A stretch of DNA of 64,000 nt, from contig JAQGDQ010000673.1 in NCBI GenBank assembly GCA_030141605.1, forward strand, positions 50,832 through 114,831, in the 5' to 3' direction. Origin of the DNA: Tubiluchus corallicola. Lineage: Eukaryota > Animalia > Priapulida. Numbering within the stretch: position 1 is the stretch's first letter; every line of letters starts with the position of its first letter. Shown piece by piece: positions 11,765-26,710 of the stretch. Below the pieces are notes generated by a model. The model had not been told where the DNA came from. It did not search any database and was given only the letters and a program-made list of their open reading frames with translations. The position numbers and the translations under genes were made by a program.

Positions 11765-12300
11765 GGCAGAAATGAGTGAATGAAAGTATGGTTAGAGTTA
11801 GTAGACATGATGGAATGGAAATAGTAAGGTTACGGAGAGGAAGAAGGAAGGGAGGGGAGGATGAGTGAATGAAAGAATGGTTAGGGTTAGTAGACATGAT
11901 GGAATGGAAAAATCGTAAGATTACGGAGAGGAAGAAGGAAGGGAGGGGAGGATGAGTGAATGAAAGAATGGTTAGGGTTAGTAGACATGATGGAATGGAA
12001 AAATAGTAAGATTACGGAGAGGAAGAAGGAAGGGAGGGGAGGATGAGTAAATGAAAGAATGGTTAGGGTTAGTAGACATGATGGAATGGAAATAGTAATG
12101 TTACGGAGAGGAAGAAGGAAGGGAGGGGAGGATGAGTGAATAAAAGAATGGTTAGGGTTAGTAGACATGATGGAATGGAAAAATCGTAAGATTACGGAGA
12201 GGAAGAAGGAAGGGAGGGGAGGATGAGTGAATAAAAGAATGGTTAGGGTTTGTAGACATGATGGAATGGAAAAATAGCAAGAATAGGGATAGGAAGAAGG
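11765..12300. repeat. About 90-bp purine-rich minisatellite, about 6 copies
   Basis: ATGAGTGAATGAAAGAATGGTTAGGGTTAGTAGACATG... recurs every 89-91 bp. Confidence 0.9.
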
Positions 12301-12742
12301 AAAAGAGAAGAAACGACAATTGTACAAGGTGTTTTATTGTAAATTGCCTGATTTTATAGTGTATGCATGTGATAATTTTAACAAGAAAACTACTTACATT
12401 TTATTAATAACAAATAATAATAAGACGCGAATAAGTGTCGTGACGCTAAAGGTGTCGCTGGGGTGTTTTGGGGAGAGCCAACAACCGACATTGGCAGGTT
12501 TATCAGACTGTTTTTGTAGTTGCGATGTTCGTGCTAAACAGATGATATCAATGGATGAAAACATGGTTTAACTTTGCGATCTGTATTTTACTCAAAATCA
12601 TAATTTCATTGTCAATCCACATATACACGAAAATGGTAAACATAATTAACAGTAGCCAACAAAAGTTAAAGTAAATCTATCAGCCAATATAGTCGTGCAA
12701 AAAAAATTGAACTTTTACATTGAGATGTTTTGTTGCTTTTAG

Positions 12743-12866
12743 GGAAGCTGTGAGGGACGCCATAATGGAGAAGTTTGCGGGACCTCCCGATGTCGGCGTC
12801 TACTCCCCGTCAGTCCAGAACACGATTTACCTAGCTATACGACTGGCCATGAGCAGAGTTGAACAG
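12743..12866 (+). CDS. uox: Uricase coding exon 5
   Basis: FAGPPDVGVYSPSVQNTIY (SPSVQ motif); phase 2/0. Confidence 0.95.
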
Positions 12867-13046
12867 GTAACGAGAAAAACAAGCTTAAAGGAATACATTT
12901 AATGCTTCTATTTTCAGTTTTTACAAAGATATCCGGGTTGGTAAGATCTTGGTAACATGTTGCACATGTAAACTGTACACACTTGGTACTGCATTCAACA
13001 GCTTGTGACATAAATTTTCCATTATTTATGAATCTCTTTGCATTTA

Positions 13047-14213
<1,167 letters not shown>

Positions 14214-14491
14214 TAGTTACTTATTAATTTCTTAACTGCGATTCGTTTTATTTATCAGTAACGACGTGTATTGTGCGTATGTTTTAAATTAGGAAAGAAG
14301 AAATCGTTTGCATGCTGTTAAAGATCAAATTTAAGAATTTATAAACCTAAAATCTTGAAGGATGAAAATTTGTTTGTAAATTTTAGATTCAGATTCGAAA
14401 TCTTGAAATTCTGTTTGTTTCGAGTTCGAAAGCCAAAAATTCTATTCGATTCAAATTTGCTTTCTGATAGAGAATGCTCATGCCTACTTAA

Positions 14492-15172
14492 TGCACAAGA
14501 ACCCCCCCCACACTTACATAAAGCTTAAAAAAATCGGCTCGAAATTATATACCACTTACGTACTGCCTTTTCGCATGCATGGCTTGCATCGGCCGTAACG
14601 CTGTATAAAACGCGTAAATTTAAACTCCCGTGGTGACCGTTAGGCGCAGCCATTTTGATGGTTGTTCATTTGAAACAAGTTTTGATAATATTAAGTAAAG
14701 TTTGAAAAACATATCAGAGCATTTGTAGCGTACATCTTGCTAATCAAGTAAACTTTTAAATTACTCTATCTTGTCAATAAGATTAAAAATACATTTTTTG
14801 GTTAGTAAGTGGTGCACCCTGGAGGGTGAGTCAGCGACATCTTACCAATTGGCACAAACATTGTAAATTATTAGTCTAGTTACATAAGTCTTTCCAGCAG
14901 GTAAGTGAAATGCTAAGTGATATAACTTTGCATGGAAAGTTTTTTGGGACATAATTTAACATTGCCTTCTCTTCCCTTGATTTACAAATTGTGCGTGCAT
15001 GACGTCATGTAATGGTGAGGTCGGAACAGTATTGCGGGAGATTTAAAATGGAAACAAATTAAAATTCTTTTCAACGCAAATATACGATATGTGCATTAAA
15101 TTACTGTAAAGTAATATAATTTTTTAAGGCGATTTTTCTGAAACCTACTTCAGGTACCCCTTTTCTTGTCCT
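14492..15172. mobile_element. TTAA-flanked non-autonomous DNA element (Kolobok-like family 2)
   Basis: Ends TTCTTGTCCT|TTAA; related segments at 24701-25020, 26910-27315, 32150-32950. Confidence 0.6.
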
Positions 15173-15209
15173 TTAACACTGCTGTAATCAAGGTAATATT
15201 TGCTTTCAG

Positions 15210-15305
15210 ATGTCTGAAATGTCAATGGAGCTTCCTAACGTTCACGCTTACACATTCGACTTTTCAAAGTTTCCTGCTTTCAAGCATTACCAAAATCAAA
15301 ATGAG
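15210..15305 (+). CDS. uox: Uricase coding exon 6
   Basis: MSEMSMELPNVHAYTFDFSKFP...NE (PNxH motif); TTTCAG acceptor, GTAAGT donor, phase 0/0. Confidence 0.92.
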
Positions 15306-16346
15306 GTAAGTGAGGAGGCTGTCCGGCTGCTTAAAATCATAGATTACATTCATGTTGTTACTGTATTGATTAATAATCAAGTATAATCATATCTCGGTTT
15401 GCCAGACAAAAGCTGGGAGATTATTATTATTATTATTATTATTATAAGTCTGTTTTGCAAAAAAACTAGGTGATTGAGTAAAATACTCTTTCTTTAAGAC
15501 GTTAAGTCATAAGTCATTTATTTCACATGGCACATTTACAATAGTTTCATGTACTATATCTAGTGAAAGAGCCTGCAATGAACGGTAATACAAATAAGAA
15601 ATACTGCACAGGAAAAGCCTCAAACACTGTTCAGTTATACACGAAGGTAAATGTGTTGCGGGCAATCAAAAAGCAGGGCTTGTTAGATTGTCCCACACAG
15701 TGAAAGAAAAAAAGTAATGGAAATAATCTGAAAATTTAAAGTGAATCGTGTGGTAAAAAATATTCAGTTGATATCACCTTGGCAGGAAGGTTTTTTAATG
15801 TTTGATTAACCTGTTTGTTCTCACGATTTCACTGTTTTCTAGCGATTACCGTAGCGTAGCAAAATAAGTACCTTGATAAGACTTGAAAATAAGGTTATTA
15901 TGTCTAAGACAGGTACTCGATACACAAGAGCATCTGTCGTTAATAAGAAATGCTACCTTTGGACTCTTTCTAGTACCGAATTCCTCGTGGTTGGTCGTAA
16001 AATACAGACAAACTCAATTTTTTCTTTACTACGGAACCTTGTACCTTAACCTCTATGATTATTGACACGTGTTGTGTGTCACGTAGTTGTTGACTATTCG
16101 TAATTTGTTTTAGATATTACTGTATGTTCAAATAATTTCATGCTCGTGCATGTATATACTCTTTCTTTTCCTAATTAGTATAGATCTATGTCAAAAACTT
16201 AATATTTACAAAGGTAAAATATGTGTTGCTGCAGAAAATAATTTCCTATCTGTCCAATTATTGATTTTCTGTTAGGCGTGTGTGTAGGCATCAGAAGGTG
16301 TGTGGTATAGGGGAAAATGTTATTTAGTTCCTACCAAAGTTTGCCA

Positions 16347-18793
16347 ATTTCTGTAATTTCTGCATAGACTGATGCAGTTACGGACTCTGTAATTTCTGCA
16401 CAGACTGATGCTGTTACGGACTCTGTAATTTCTGCACAGACTGATGCAGTTACGGACTCTGTAATTTCTGCACAGACTGATGCAGTTACGGACTCTGTAA
16501 TTTCTGCACAGACTGATGCAGTTACGGACTCCGTAATTTCTGCACAGACTGATGCAGTTACGGACTCTGTAATTCCTGCACAGACTGATGCAGTTACGGA
16601 CTCTGTAATTTCTGCACAGACTGATGCAGTTACGGACTCTGTAATTTCTGCACAGACTGATGCAGTTACGGACTCCGTAATTCCTGCACAGACTGATGCA
16701 GTTACGGACTCTGTAATTTCTGCACAGACTGGTGCAGTTACAGACTCTGTAATTTCTGCACAGACTGATGCAGTTACGGACTCTGTAATTTCTGCACAGA
16801 CTGATGCAGTTACGGACTCCGTAATTCCTGCACAGACTGATGCTGTTACGGACTCTGTAATTTCTGCACAGACTGGTGCAGTTACGGACTCTGTAATTTC
16901 TGCACAGACTGATGCTGTTACGGACTCTGTAATTTCTGCACAGACTGGTGCAGTTACAGACTCTGTAATTCCTGCACAGACTGATGCAGTTACGGACTCT
17001 GTAATTTCTGCACAGACTGATGCAGTTACGGACTCTGTAATTTCTGCACAGACTGATGCAGTTACGGACTCCGTAATTTCTGCACAGATTGATGCAGCTA
17101 CGGACTCTGTAATTTCTGCACAGACTGATGCAGTTACGGACTCTGTAATTTCTGTACAGACTGATGCAGTTACGGACTCTGTAATTTCTGCACAGACTGA
17201 TGCTGTTACGGACTCTGTAATTTCTGCACAGACTGGTGCAGTTACAGACTCTGTAATTCCTGCACAGACTGATGCAGTTACGGACTCTGTAATTTCTGCA
17301 CAGACTGATGTAGTTACGGACTCTGTAATTTCTGCACAGACTGATGCAGTTACGGACTCCGTAATTTCTGCACAGACTGATGCAGCTACGGACTCCGTAA
17401 TTTCTGCACAGACTGATGCAGTTACGGACTCTGTAATTCCTGCACAGACTGATGCAGTTACGGACTCTGTAATTTCTGCACAGACTGATGCAGTTACGGA
17501 CTCCGTAATTTCTGCACAGACTGATGCAGCTACGGACTCCGTAATTTCTGCACAGACTGATGCAGTTACGGACTCTGTAATTCCTGCACAGACTGATGCA
17601 GTTACAGACTCTGTAATTCCTGCACAGACTGATGCTGTTACGGACTCTGTAATTTCTGCACAGACTGGTGCAGTTACGGACTCTGTAATTTCTGCACAGA
17701 CTGATGCTGTTACGGACTCTGTAATTTCTGCACAGACTGGTGCAGTTACGGACTCTGTAATTCCTGCACAGACTGATGCAGTTACGGACTTCGTAATTTC
17801 TGTACAGACTGATGCAGTTACAGACTCTGTAATTTCTGCACAGACTGATGCAGCTACGGACTCTGTAATTTCTGCACAGACTGATGCAGTTACGGACTCT
17901 GTAATTCCTGCACAGACTGGTGCAGTTACGGACTCTGTAATTTCTGTACAGACTGATGCAGTTACAGACTCTGTAATTCCTGCACAGACTGGTGCAGTTA
18001 CGGACTCTGTAATTTCTGCACAGACTGATGCAGTTACGGACTCTGTAATTTCTGCACAGACTGATGCAGTTACGGACTCTGTAATTCCTGCACAGACTGG
18101 TGCAGTTACGGACTCTGTAATTTCTGCACAGACTGATGCAGTTACGGACTCTGTAATTTCTGCACAGACCGATGCAGTTACGGACTCCGTAATTTCTGCA
18201 CAGACCGATGCAGCTACGGACTCTGTAATTTCTGCACAGACTGATGCAGTTACGGACTCCGTAATTTCTGCACAGACTGATGCAGTTACGGACTCTGTAA
18301 TTTCTGCACAGACCGATGCAGCTACGGACTCTGTAATTTCTGCACAGACTGATGCAGTTACGGACTCTGTAATTCCTGCACAGACTGGTGCAGTTACGGA
18401 CTCTGTAATTTCTGTACAGACTGATGCAGTTACAGACTCTGTAATTCCTGCACAGACTGGTGCAGTTACGGACTCTGTAATTTCTGCACAGACTGATGCA
18501 GTTACGGACTCTGTAATTCCTGCACAGACTGGTGCAGTTACGGACTCTGTAATTTCTGCACAGACTGATGCAGTTACGGACTCTGTAATTTCTGCACAGA
18601 CCGATGCAGTTACGGACTCCGTAATTTCTGCACAGACCGATGCAGTTACGGACTCCGTAATTTCTGCACAGACCGATGCAGTTACGGACTCCGTAATTTC
18701 TGCACAGACCGATGCAGTTACGGACTCCGTAATTTCTGCACAGACTGATGCAGTTATGGACTCTGTAATTTCTGCACAGACTGATGCAGTTAC
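16347..18793. repeat. 36-bp minisatellite, about 68 copies, in the last uricase intron
   Basis: Unit ACTGATGCAGTTACGGACTCTGTAATTTCTGCACAG; no indels seen. Confidence 0.98.
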
Positions 18794-18909
18794 TCGTGGT
18801 TCTAAAACTTCCGTAAAAATTCAAAGAAACGACCTAAAATTTACAAGAACATCTGTAACATCAGTGTTGCAGTTCATATGCGATTCTGTTATGTTCTTCT
18901 TATAATGCC

Positions 18910-19441
18910 ATGTCTTTTTTAACTGGCCAGGGGAATTTTAACAGCTTTTTGTATAGGCTTAATATTTGTGATACTAGTTTATGTCCATGTGGAGAAGAAG
19001 AGCAAACTCCTCAGCACATCTTATTCGGATGCAATAAAGTAGATAATACAAAAAGAATGCGTTTTATAGAAATCGCTGATGCCAATTATACACGAAATAT
19101 TATGCTTCAATCGATAAAAATTTATTAATGGCTTTCACTAACCTGATCAGAGATAATTTTATACTAAGTAATTGTTAATTTAGGCCCGCTCGAGTATATA
19201 AAAATAAATTATGTAGGTGTGTAAAGTTAATTTGTGTGTATAATACTTGTGAATCATTTGAAATTAAATCTAATTTAAATATAATACGTTATTCGTTGTA
19301 CATAGTGTGAAACTGGAAAGATTTAAAAGATTTATAATATGAAAATGTAAATTGTTGATCTGAGCCTGCAAAAAGAGGCACCTTTTTGTATATATGTCTG
19401 TTCATTTCTTAAATAAAGATTTATTATTATTATTATTATTA
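18910..19441 (+). mobile_element. 5'-truncated LINE (R1/I-like CCHC C-terminus) with (TTA)n tail
   Basis: LTGQGNF...CPCGEEEQTPQHILFGC; 13-bp TSD TTCTTATAATGCC at 18897-18909 and 19442-19454. Confidence 0.85.
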
Positions 19442-19594
19442 TTCTTATAATGCCTTGAACAAAATTTTGGCACATTTTTGCTGCACCACTTCATACATAA
19501 CTGCAGCAGTTATAGCCATGCATATACAATCGTGTCGACACCATAGTATCTGTCGTTTTTAGTAATGTGTGCGCCACTTTGTCTCTCTAAACAG

Positions 19595-19669
19595 GTCTTC
19601 CAGCCGACTGACAAACCATCTGGTAACATCAAGGCCCATCTTGCTCGGACACCACCGTCCATGTTATGA
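19595..19669 (+). CDS. uox: Uricase coding exon 7 (terminal)
   Basis: VFQPTDKPSGNIKAHLARTPPSML*; conserved P.D.P.G.I motif; acceptor AACAG ends at 19594. Confidence 0.92.
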   Translation, partial: VFQPTDKPSGNIKAHLARTPPSML

Positions 19670-20035
19670 GTGGACAGCGGTCAGGTTAAGAAGATGCGCT
19701 AGAAAATGAAGGTTGCTGCCTCTTCCGGGTCATCTGCAGGTGGAATTTAATCTGAGTAGACGCACAAATATTTATAATTTCCAAAAAAATTTTAATAAGG
19801 ATGTTTGGGTTTCGAGCATCTGCGTGCTGATTGGCCGCACGCACTTGTTGTGACACGATAATTTGTTTGTTTGTTTATAAATTATTTGTTTATAACGGTT
19901 AACAAGATGTTCTGATTTCAATGTTTTTGGATGTCGTTACGACGGAATAATTTGTTTGTTGACAACTGTTAGTTAACTATCTGTGATTCTTATGTTTTTT
20001 TAAAGTTGTGTTGATTAATCGAACAGCACTGTTAT

Positions 20036-20434
20036 TAGGGGTGAGCATTGAATGCTCGAATTCGATTCGAACGAGTTTTTTAGTTCAAACTCCATTCAAA
20101 TCCTAAACTATAGATTCGAATAATTCTGCACTTCAATAACATAATGTTCTTTATCACTAAAACGATTGAAACAACATGCAATTAGCATGATTTACCAGTG
20201 ATTTCTGCGCACAACTTTAAACAAATTACTGGTAGTTTTATTGCAGAGCAAAATCGAGGGATATGCATGATCTTTGTAAGACTCATTTTTACTGGTGGTT
20301 CGAAAACTTGTTCAAAAATCTTTCAATCCCAATTCGAATTCGTTTCATTTTAACACTGAAGTTCAGTTCGAATTCGAAAGTCACAAATTCGGTTCGATTC
20401 GAATTCGCTTTCTGGTAGAGAATGCTCACCCCTA
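20036..20434. mobile_element. hAT-type MITE downstream of the uricase stop
   Basis: TIRs TAGGGGTGAGCATT / AATGCTCACCCCTA, 8-bp TSD ACTGTTAT. Confidence 0.85.
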
Positions 20435-21053
20435 ACTGTTATCAGTAAGCAATTTTTTGTTTATTTCTGTTTTTCACTGGCGCACAATTGGTAAATCTCC
20501 AAGTAGTAGTTCCCAAAGAATTGCATCAGATTTTTACAGTTTGAATGATGACGGATTGTATGCATTAGCATTTATTTCAATTTGCATTTATTCGACTACT
20601 CATAGATCTACCAGTGTAATTTGAAGTCACGAAAATGGGCCCTACGTCATATGACGTCAGAAACTAACACGGCAGTTCATGATTATGGTTATCACGGTAC
20701 TGCCTTCTATTTGTCAGCCACGCGAATGTGACAAAAAGGCCAATCTTAGTAGATTCACTGAGCCGCGCGTAGCTTTGAAAGTTTAACGAAATTTGAGTAT
20801 CCGAGGTAATTATTATTTAATCTAAGCTTTGATTTGAAAAAGCTATCGTGGTTTTTTATTTTTTAGAGCGTTCTTTATTCTGTACTAATATTTACACAAT
20901 CGTGCGGTTTTCGTTTAAACATTGCAGACACTGTGTAATTTCTAACGGCAATTTCAGACTAGGGAGTTTTCCCGCCAAGTGTAGGTGCAGGCGTTGCGTT
21001 TTCCGCAAAAAAGGAATAACAGCCATGTTTCAATTATCTTGATACAAGTTGTT

Positions 21054-21747
21054 GGGCGCCGAGTAGTCCACTAGCCGAAGTAGGACACTAGAAACAGGTT
21101 GCGAATTGAGTTGTTAAGCATACTGGCACCGGCCGTTGTCCTTCTTTATGTAATAATAATAATTATAAACGTCATTGTATGTTGAATAATTTATTATACA
21201 TAAAATAAAAGAATCTTATTTTGAGCTAGTAAAATGGCCAATATTAAATTTCGCTTTGATATTAATCTTTTTGAAGTGAAATAAACCCACCCCTTAGGCG
21301 ATTCCAACATTTGTTTAAGGTATATCATTTTTTATTTTGTCTCGCTTCACAGACAGGTGATCCTTTTCACTCCCTCATGGACAAATAATTGTTTTCTACT
21401 ATGTAAACGGGTTAGCGCGTTATGTGCCCTACATAGTTTCTCTCTTTAAAGCATTATATACTTAGTTTACTGTTATGATGATATTAATGGAGCTAATAAT
21501 AATGATGATATTGTTGTAAAAAATACATTTGTAAATTGTCAAGGACTATCCATCGTTATTATAAAGTTACTTTTTTTCTAAAACAAATTTACTTTTATGT
21601 TTTTGTATGTCATAAATCTCGATTCTCGACAGAAATCGCTAGTGTCCTCTAATTGGGCTGCCACGTACGACACAGCTTTTCCGCAAATTTAGCGCATGCG
21701 TTTTGCTGGAAGTGTCCGACTTCGGCTAGTGGGGTTACTCGACGCCC
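21054..21747. mobile_element. MITE with about 35-bp imperfect TIRs
   Basis: GGGCGCCGAGTAGTCCACTAGCCGAAGT...ACTTCGGCTAGTGGGGTTACTCGACGCCC. Confidence 0.6.
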
Positions 21748-22038
21748 TGACATTGACATTGACAAAGTCCGCTAGTGACGTTGTGACAGAAATAAAACGT
21801 GCGAAATGTGTAAATTTACAGTGTCCTAAAATAGCCGCACTGATCAGTTGATGACCTCAAACCTGTAGACTCCTAGTGGAACATATTGACATTAGTCAAT
21901 ATTATGAATATCTGTAATATTGACATTGGTCAATAATGCATACCTGTTGTCAGCTATTTTTATCCTCATCTGCGCTGTTGATTTGGTTTTCCTGCTTATA
22001 GAGTACACACATTATCTATATTAAGGATATATCTATAC

Positions 22039-22452
22039 CATTAACACACTCACCGTACTTAAGTGAAAAAATGATTATAGTTATGCATGCTTCTGTAGAT
22101 AACTTAATGTAAATAAGGATGAAGTAAATGATGTAATAATAGCATTGGTATAAGAGCAATAAACCTGAAAGTTGAGAAAGGAAAACATAATATGTAATTG
22201 CGCCTTAAAAAGTGGAAAAAAATTTTTTAAATAGTTGCGAATATGAATTACATTGACAGATTTTCACTCTTTAAGGCTCACTCAAAATCGTAATTACATA
22301 TTATGTTTTCCTTTCTCAACTTTCAGGTTTATTGCTCTTATATCAATGCTATTATTACATCATTTACTTCATCCTTATTTACATTAAGTTATCTACAGAA
22401 GCATGCATAACTATAATCACTTTTTCATTTAAGTAAGGTGAGCGTGTTAATG
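22039..22452. repeat. Long inverted repeat (about 165-bp arms, about 85-bp spacer), foldback-like
   Basis: 22039-22203 is nearly the exact reverse complement of 22289-22452. Confidence 0.9.
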
Positions 22453-22911
22453 ACTGTATGGTCGTACACTCTACTTGCACTACTCAAATTATTTTATTTA
22501 AAGTTTATTAATGTGTATGATATTGCATTTTGATGTCTGAAAATAAATTCATAGTTCATATATTATCTATATTAGGGCACTGGTCATTTTGCGTGCCAAA
22601 TTTGAACTTTGTCGCTTTACGATAGGGGGCAGCAGCGTTTAGGAAAAAGAGCATCCAATTTTATGAAAATGAGCAGTCACATGTATCTTTGCATTGCATT
22701 GCATTGTGATAATGAAGTTTTAAACTTTAAATTGTAACCGAATTCACTTTTTTAATCTTATTTTAAATAATTGTGATTTTTTGTACGATGTAAGAAAATT
22801 CGTATTAGTAGAAAATGATTTTGCACGGTGCTATTTGTAATAAAATTCTCATTGAATATATGAATATCAAACTGACTTTGGAAATGACTTTTAATAGATA
22901 ATACTGTATAC

Positions 22912-23534
22912 CAGTGGCGGCTCGTGTATAGGTACTGTGGATCTGCAGCGCTCCCTATTTTCACTCAATATTATTGATAATATTCAATATAATAAATCTT
23001 TTTTCTTTAGTTCTTTTTTTATACTTGTATGGAAACAGAATATGTGAAGATAGTACTGTTTGCTTCACAGCATGCATGAGATAACACACTGTACGCCGCA
23101 CTGCTAGCGTCTGCTGCCAGGTAGAGAAAGTACTGTCACTCATACAGTTTGTTGTCAGTTGTATGGAAACAGAACATGTGAAGATAGTACTGTTTGCTTC
23201 ACAGCATGCATACTGTATGCCGCACTGCTAGCATCTGCTGCTAGGTAGAGAAAGTACTGTCGCTCACACAGTTTGTTGTCAGTTGTCACCTGCTTAAAAA
23301 CCGTGTACCAGCATATTCTTGAACTGTGGCAATTTGGGCCATCCATAAGCAAAAAAATTGATTCAGGATATTGCAAGTTTTGTATAAATCTTCGTATGTC
23401 AGTTTGTTTAAAATTACAATTACAAATTACGACAATAAAATTACACGTTTGTTTCATTTTACACAGTATTAAAACAATGACTAAAAATTTTGTGAAGCAG
23501 CTCCCCCAGTAATTTTAACTACGAGCCGCCACTG
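22912..23534. mobile_element. MITE with CAGTGGCGGCTCGT TIRs and an internal duplication
   Basis: Perfect 14-bp TIRs. Confidence 0.7.
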
Positions 23535-23620
23535 AGTATACAGATATATGATACATAATAGACTGTATGATCACTATACCTAGCAGCTGTCATTATTCAA
23601 AAGTTCACGGGTAAAAAGTA

Positions 23621-24616
23621 CAGTCAACCTTGGATATAAGGGACACCTCGAGACCGGAAAACATCGTCCCTTATATACGATGTGCTTATAGCTGAAGTGG
23701 AGTCAGACCGAGGGTTTATCTAGACCTGTACTTTTCTGTACGTGAGAGAGAGGGAGAGGGAGAGGGAGAGGGAGAGGGAGAGGGAGAGGGAGAGGGAGAG
23801 CGTAAGAGACAGAGAGAGAGAGAGAGAGCGTAAGAGACAGAGAGAGAGAGAGAGAAGAGAAAGCAAATGAAATATAAGGAGAAAAGGAGACAGGAACGAC
23901 GAGAAAGAGAGGTAGAGAAGTATAGATTATAGATATATAAACAGATAGAGGAAGAGAGAGACAGACAGACAAATAAGGAGACAAAAAACAGAAAATGCGA
24001 AACAATGCAAGTTGCAATTATGTCAGAAAATAGCCGACTAAGTTTAGATACCTTAGCTAACAAAAAATATTTTAACGCAGGATACTCACACAGGAATACT
24101 CCAATTGTCTAAATATAGTCAACCTTGGATATAAGGGACACCTCAGAACCGGAAACAATCGTCCCTTATATCCGATGTCTCTTAGAGCTGAAGTTGAATC
24201 AGACCGAGGGTGTATCTTGACCTGTACTTCTCTGTACTTTTACCCATATTTTTATGGATTATTGCTACACATTCAGTGCAAACGGTATGTAGGAAGCTCC
24301 CTCAGTGATGCGAGATGTATGTGACCGCGGAAACCGAGCTGTTCGAAGGCAGAGTTTGTGAAAAATTGAGGTTAAAAATCGATCAATTTCGCTTTGATCA
24401 TAGGGTCCCTTTATAGGCGAGGTAATTTATCTGGGTTTCTATTATGCGGGACTTGAAGATATCGTCCATTATAACCGAAAGTCTCTTATATCCGAGTACC
24501 TTATATACGAAGATTTTTACATAGAAAAAACGTTACGAAAAATCGGTACCGGTGTTGGTGGTCGCTTATAAACGAATGTCTCTTATAAGCGAGTACGTTA
24601 TACCCGAGGTTGACTG
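23621..24616. mobile_element. Tigger/pogo-like non-autonomous element, copy 2
   Basis: TA|CAGTCAACCT...AGGTTGACTG|TA; colinear with 13047-14213. Confidence 0.85.
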
Positions 24617-26215
24617 TATTTACACCGAAAATGCCCCGCACGTCTCTATAGATTCAATGTATCATTTTACTCAGCTTTGCTGCTACACTTTTGAACTTAA
24701 AGGACAAGAAAGGGGTACCTGAAGTAGGTTTCAGAAAAATCGCCTTAAAAAATTATATTATTTTACAGCAATTATTATGCGTATATCTTACTCGCACTGA
24801 AAGGAATTTTAGTTTCTTTTCATTTTAAATCTCCCACAATACTGTTCCGAAACGCCATTACATGACGTCATGTACCAAAATGAAGGGAAGAAAAGGCAAT
24901 GCTAAATTATGTCTCAAAAGACTTTCCGTGCAAATCAATATTACTTACATTTTCGCTTACCTACTAGAAAGACTTATGTAACTTTTCAAGCTTTATGTTT
25001 ATGAAGGATTTCTTGTGCCTTAAGGTAAACTGGGGGAGTTGCAGGTGCTGAAGGGGCTTGTGCGGCCAAACAACCAATGGCGTAGCTAGGGGGTTGTTGG
25101 GGCAGTACGTCCTTGGCGGCGCTTTGATCACGTGGAGTGGAAAAGTTGATTCAGTGAGAACAGCAAAAAGGAGTTACAAAACATGTACAGCCAAACCTCA
25201 TTATAATGCCCCCTCCCCCTCTTTATAATGCCCTCAATGTAACGTAAAATTGATTTTTATAGCGCACCACATCATTTAAAATCAATGAAATACATTCAAA
25301 ATTCGTAAGAAACATAAAATTTAAAAGACATTAAAAATAATTCATAAAAAGTACAATTTAAACAAATGCGTTCCAAGATTCCAAGATATTGTTTAAAACA
25401 ATAGGTAAGTTATTCTAGAAACCCGGTGCACAGACAGAAAAAGCTTTTCACAATAGAATACTGTATTCAATTCGTTTTCAAATTTGTCTGTAGATGGCAG
25501 CACGTGCTTTTGTTAAAACAAGAACCAATCCTCGGACAACATTTATTGCATTTTAACATACAATTAAAAATATCGAAATCGCCACACAAGGGATGCGCAT
25601 AGAATGCTTTGCTTAAAAATGTAAAATAAATTTAAATATCTTTTATCTTCCGCGAAACGAACGTCGCTGCCGGCATATTTGAAAAAAAGACGTAAGCAGG
25701 TGTCTGCTGGGCAACGTAAATGCTGTGATGAAGGTATGCGTTGAGAAATTTCTACAGTTCACTAAGAAGTTCTGTTATTCTAGCGTTGTATTTAACTATG
25801 TAAAAATTAGTCATTCGATCAATTATGACCAAGATTAAAGCGGTTATGTAGTTTTAATCCACAGAATTATACTATAAAAATTTAATGTGTAAGTAGTATA
25901 CATTAATTGCGTAAATGTAATTAATTTACAGACTTTTTTGACTTTCAGATACACAAGTAAGCTTGTTAGCATACAGTAGGTACCAGGTGGGTTACTTAGT
26001 TTATAGACATCGCTATAAATGATTGCTTAAGCACTTGGCAGAATAACTGTTCCAGATGAAGCCATTTTTCGCCAAAATGAGGGCGCCCAAGCGTAAAGTG
26101 ATCGCGATTTCAAATTGAAATTATTAATTACACGAGGCGCTTATCACAATTTCATTGCTGAAACTTTCTAACATTTTTCTCAAATATTAGAATCAGTTCA
26201 ACTTGACGAGAGATG

Positions 26216-26710
26216 CAGGGATGAGAATGACAAATTGCTAAAACTCTGAAACAGGCCGGGGGTTTGGGGGCCGCGAAGTCCCCTTGGAGTCAGCAACTAA
26301 TTGCAATTTTGTGACCATAGAGAGCCTCTAAATGGACTTAAAATATTAACTACCTTGTTTCATGCATAATTTAAAATACCCAACTATCAAGGATACATGA
26401 TGCCTAATTATCTCAAAAATACCTAAGTACTGGCCGCTCCTATGCAAAAGTATATAAAAACTGTCTGCAATTGACTCAAATAACTCCGCACAATTCATTC
26501 TATATTTTTATACATAGAGATCTACACGTGGTTACACTGATGTACGAGATGTAAACAAAGTGACGGACTGCCAACTAGCGGTCAGCTTGTGAAATAATGT
26601 ACTGGGTCTGTAGAAATGTTCTCAACGAATTTACACGATTTACAAAAATGGCACTACTGGTCTTCCAAAAACTCGGATTTCCAGGTATACGCGGAAAATT
26701 CTCATCCCTG
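26216..26710. mobile_element. hAT-type MITE (CAGGGATG family)
   Basis: TIRs CAGGGATGAGAAT / ATTCTCATCCCTG. Confidence 0.8.

Noticed and set aside
11765-12300. Interstitial telomere (TTAGGG)
   Set aside because: Only one TTAGGG per 90-bp unit
16347-18793. CRISPR array (36-bp periodicity)
   Set aside because: Units are contiguous with no unique spacers; eukaryotic context; no cas genes
16320-18824. 834-aa Cys/Arg-rich minus-strand ORF as a real protein
   Set aside because: Entirely a 36-bp repeat translation, with a TTG start, no signal peptide and no unique domain
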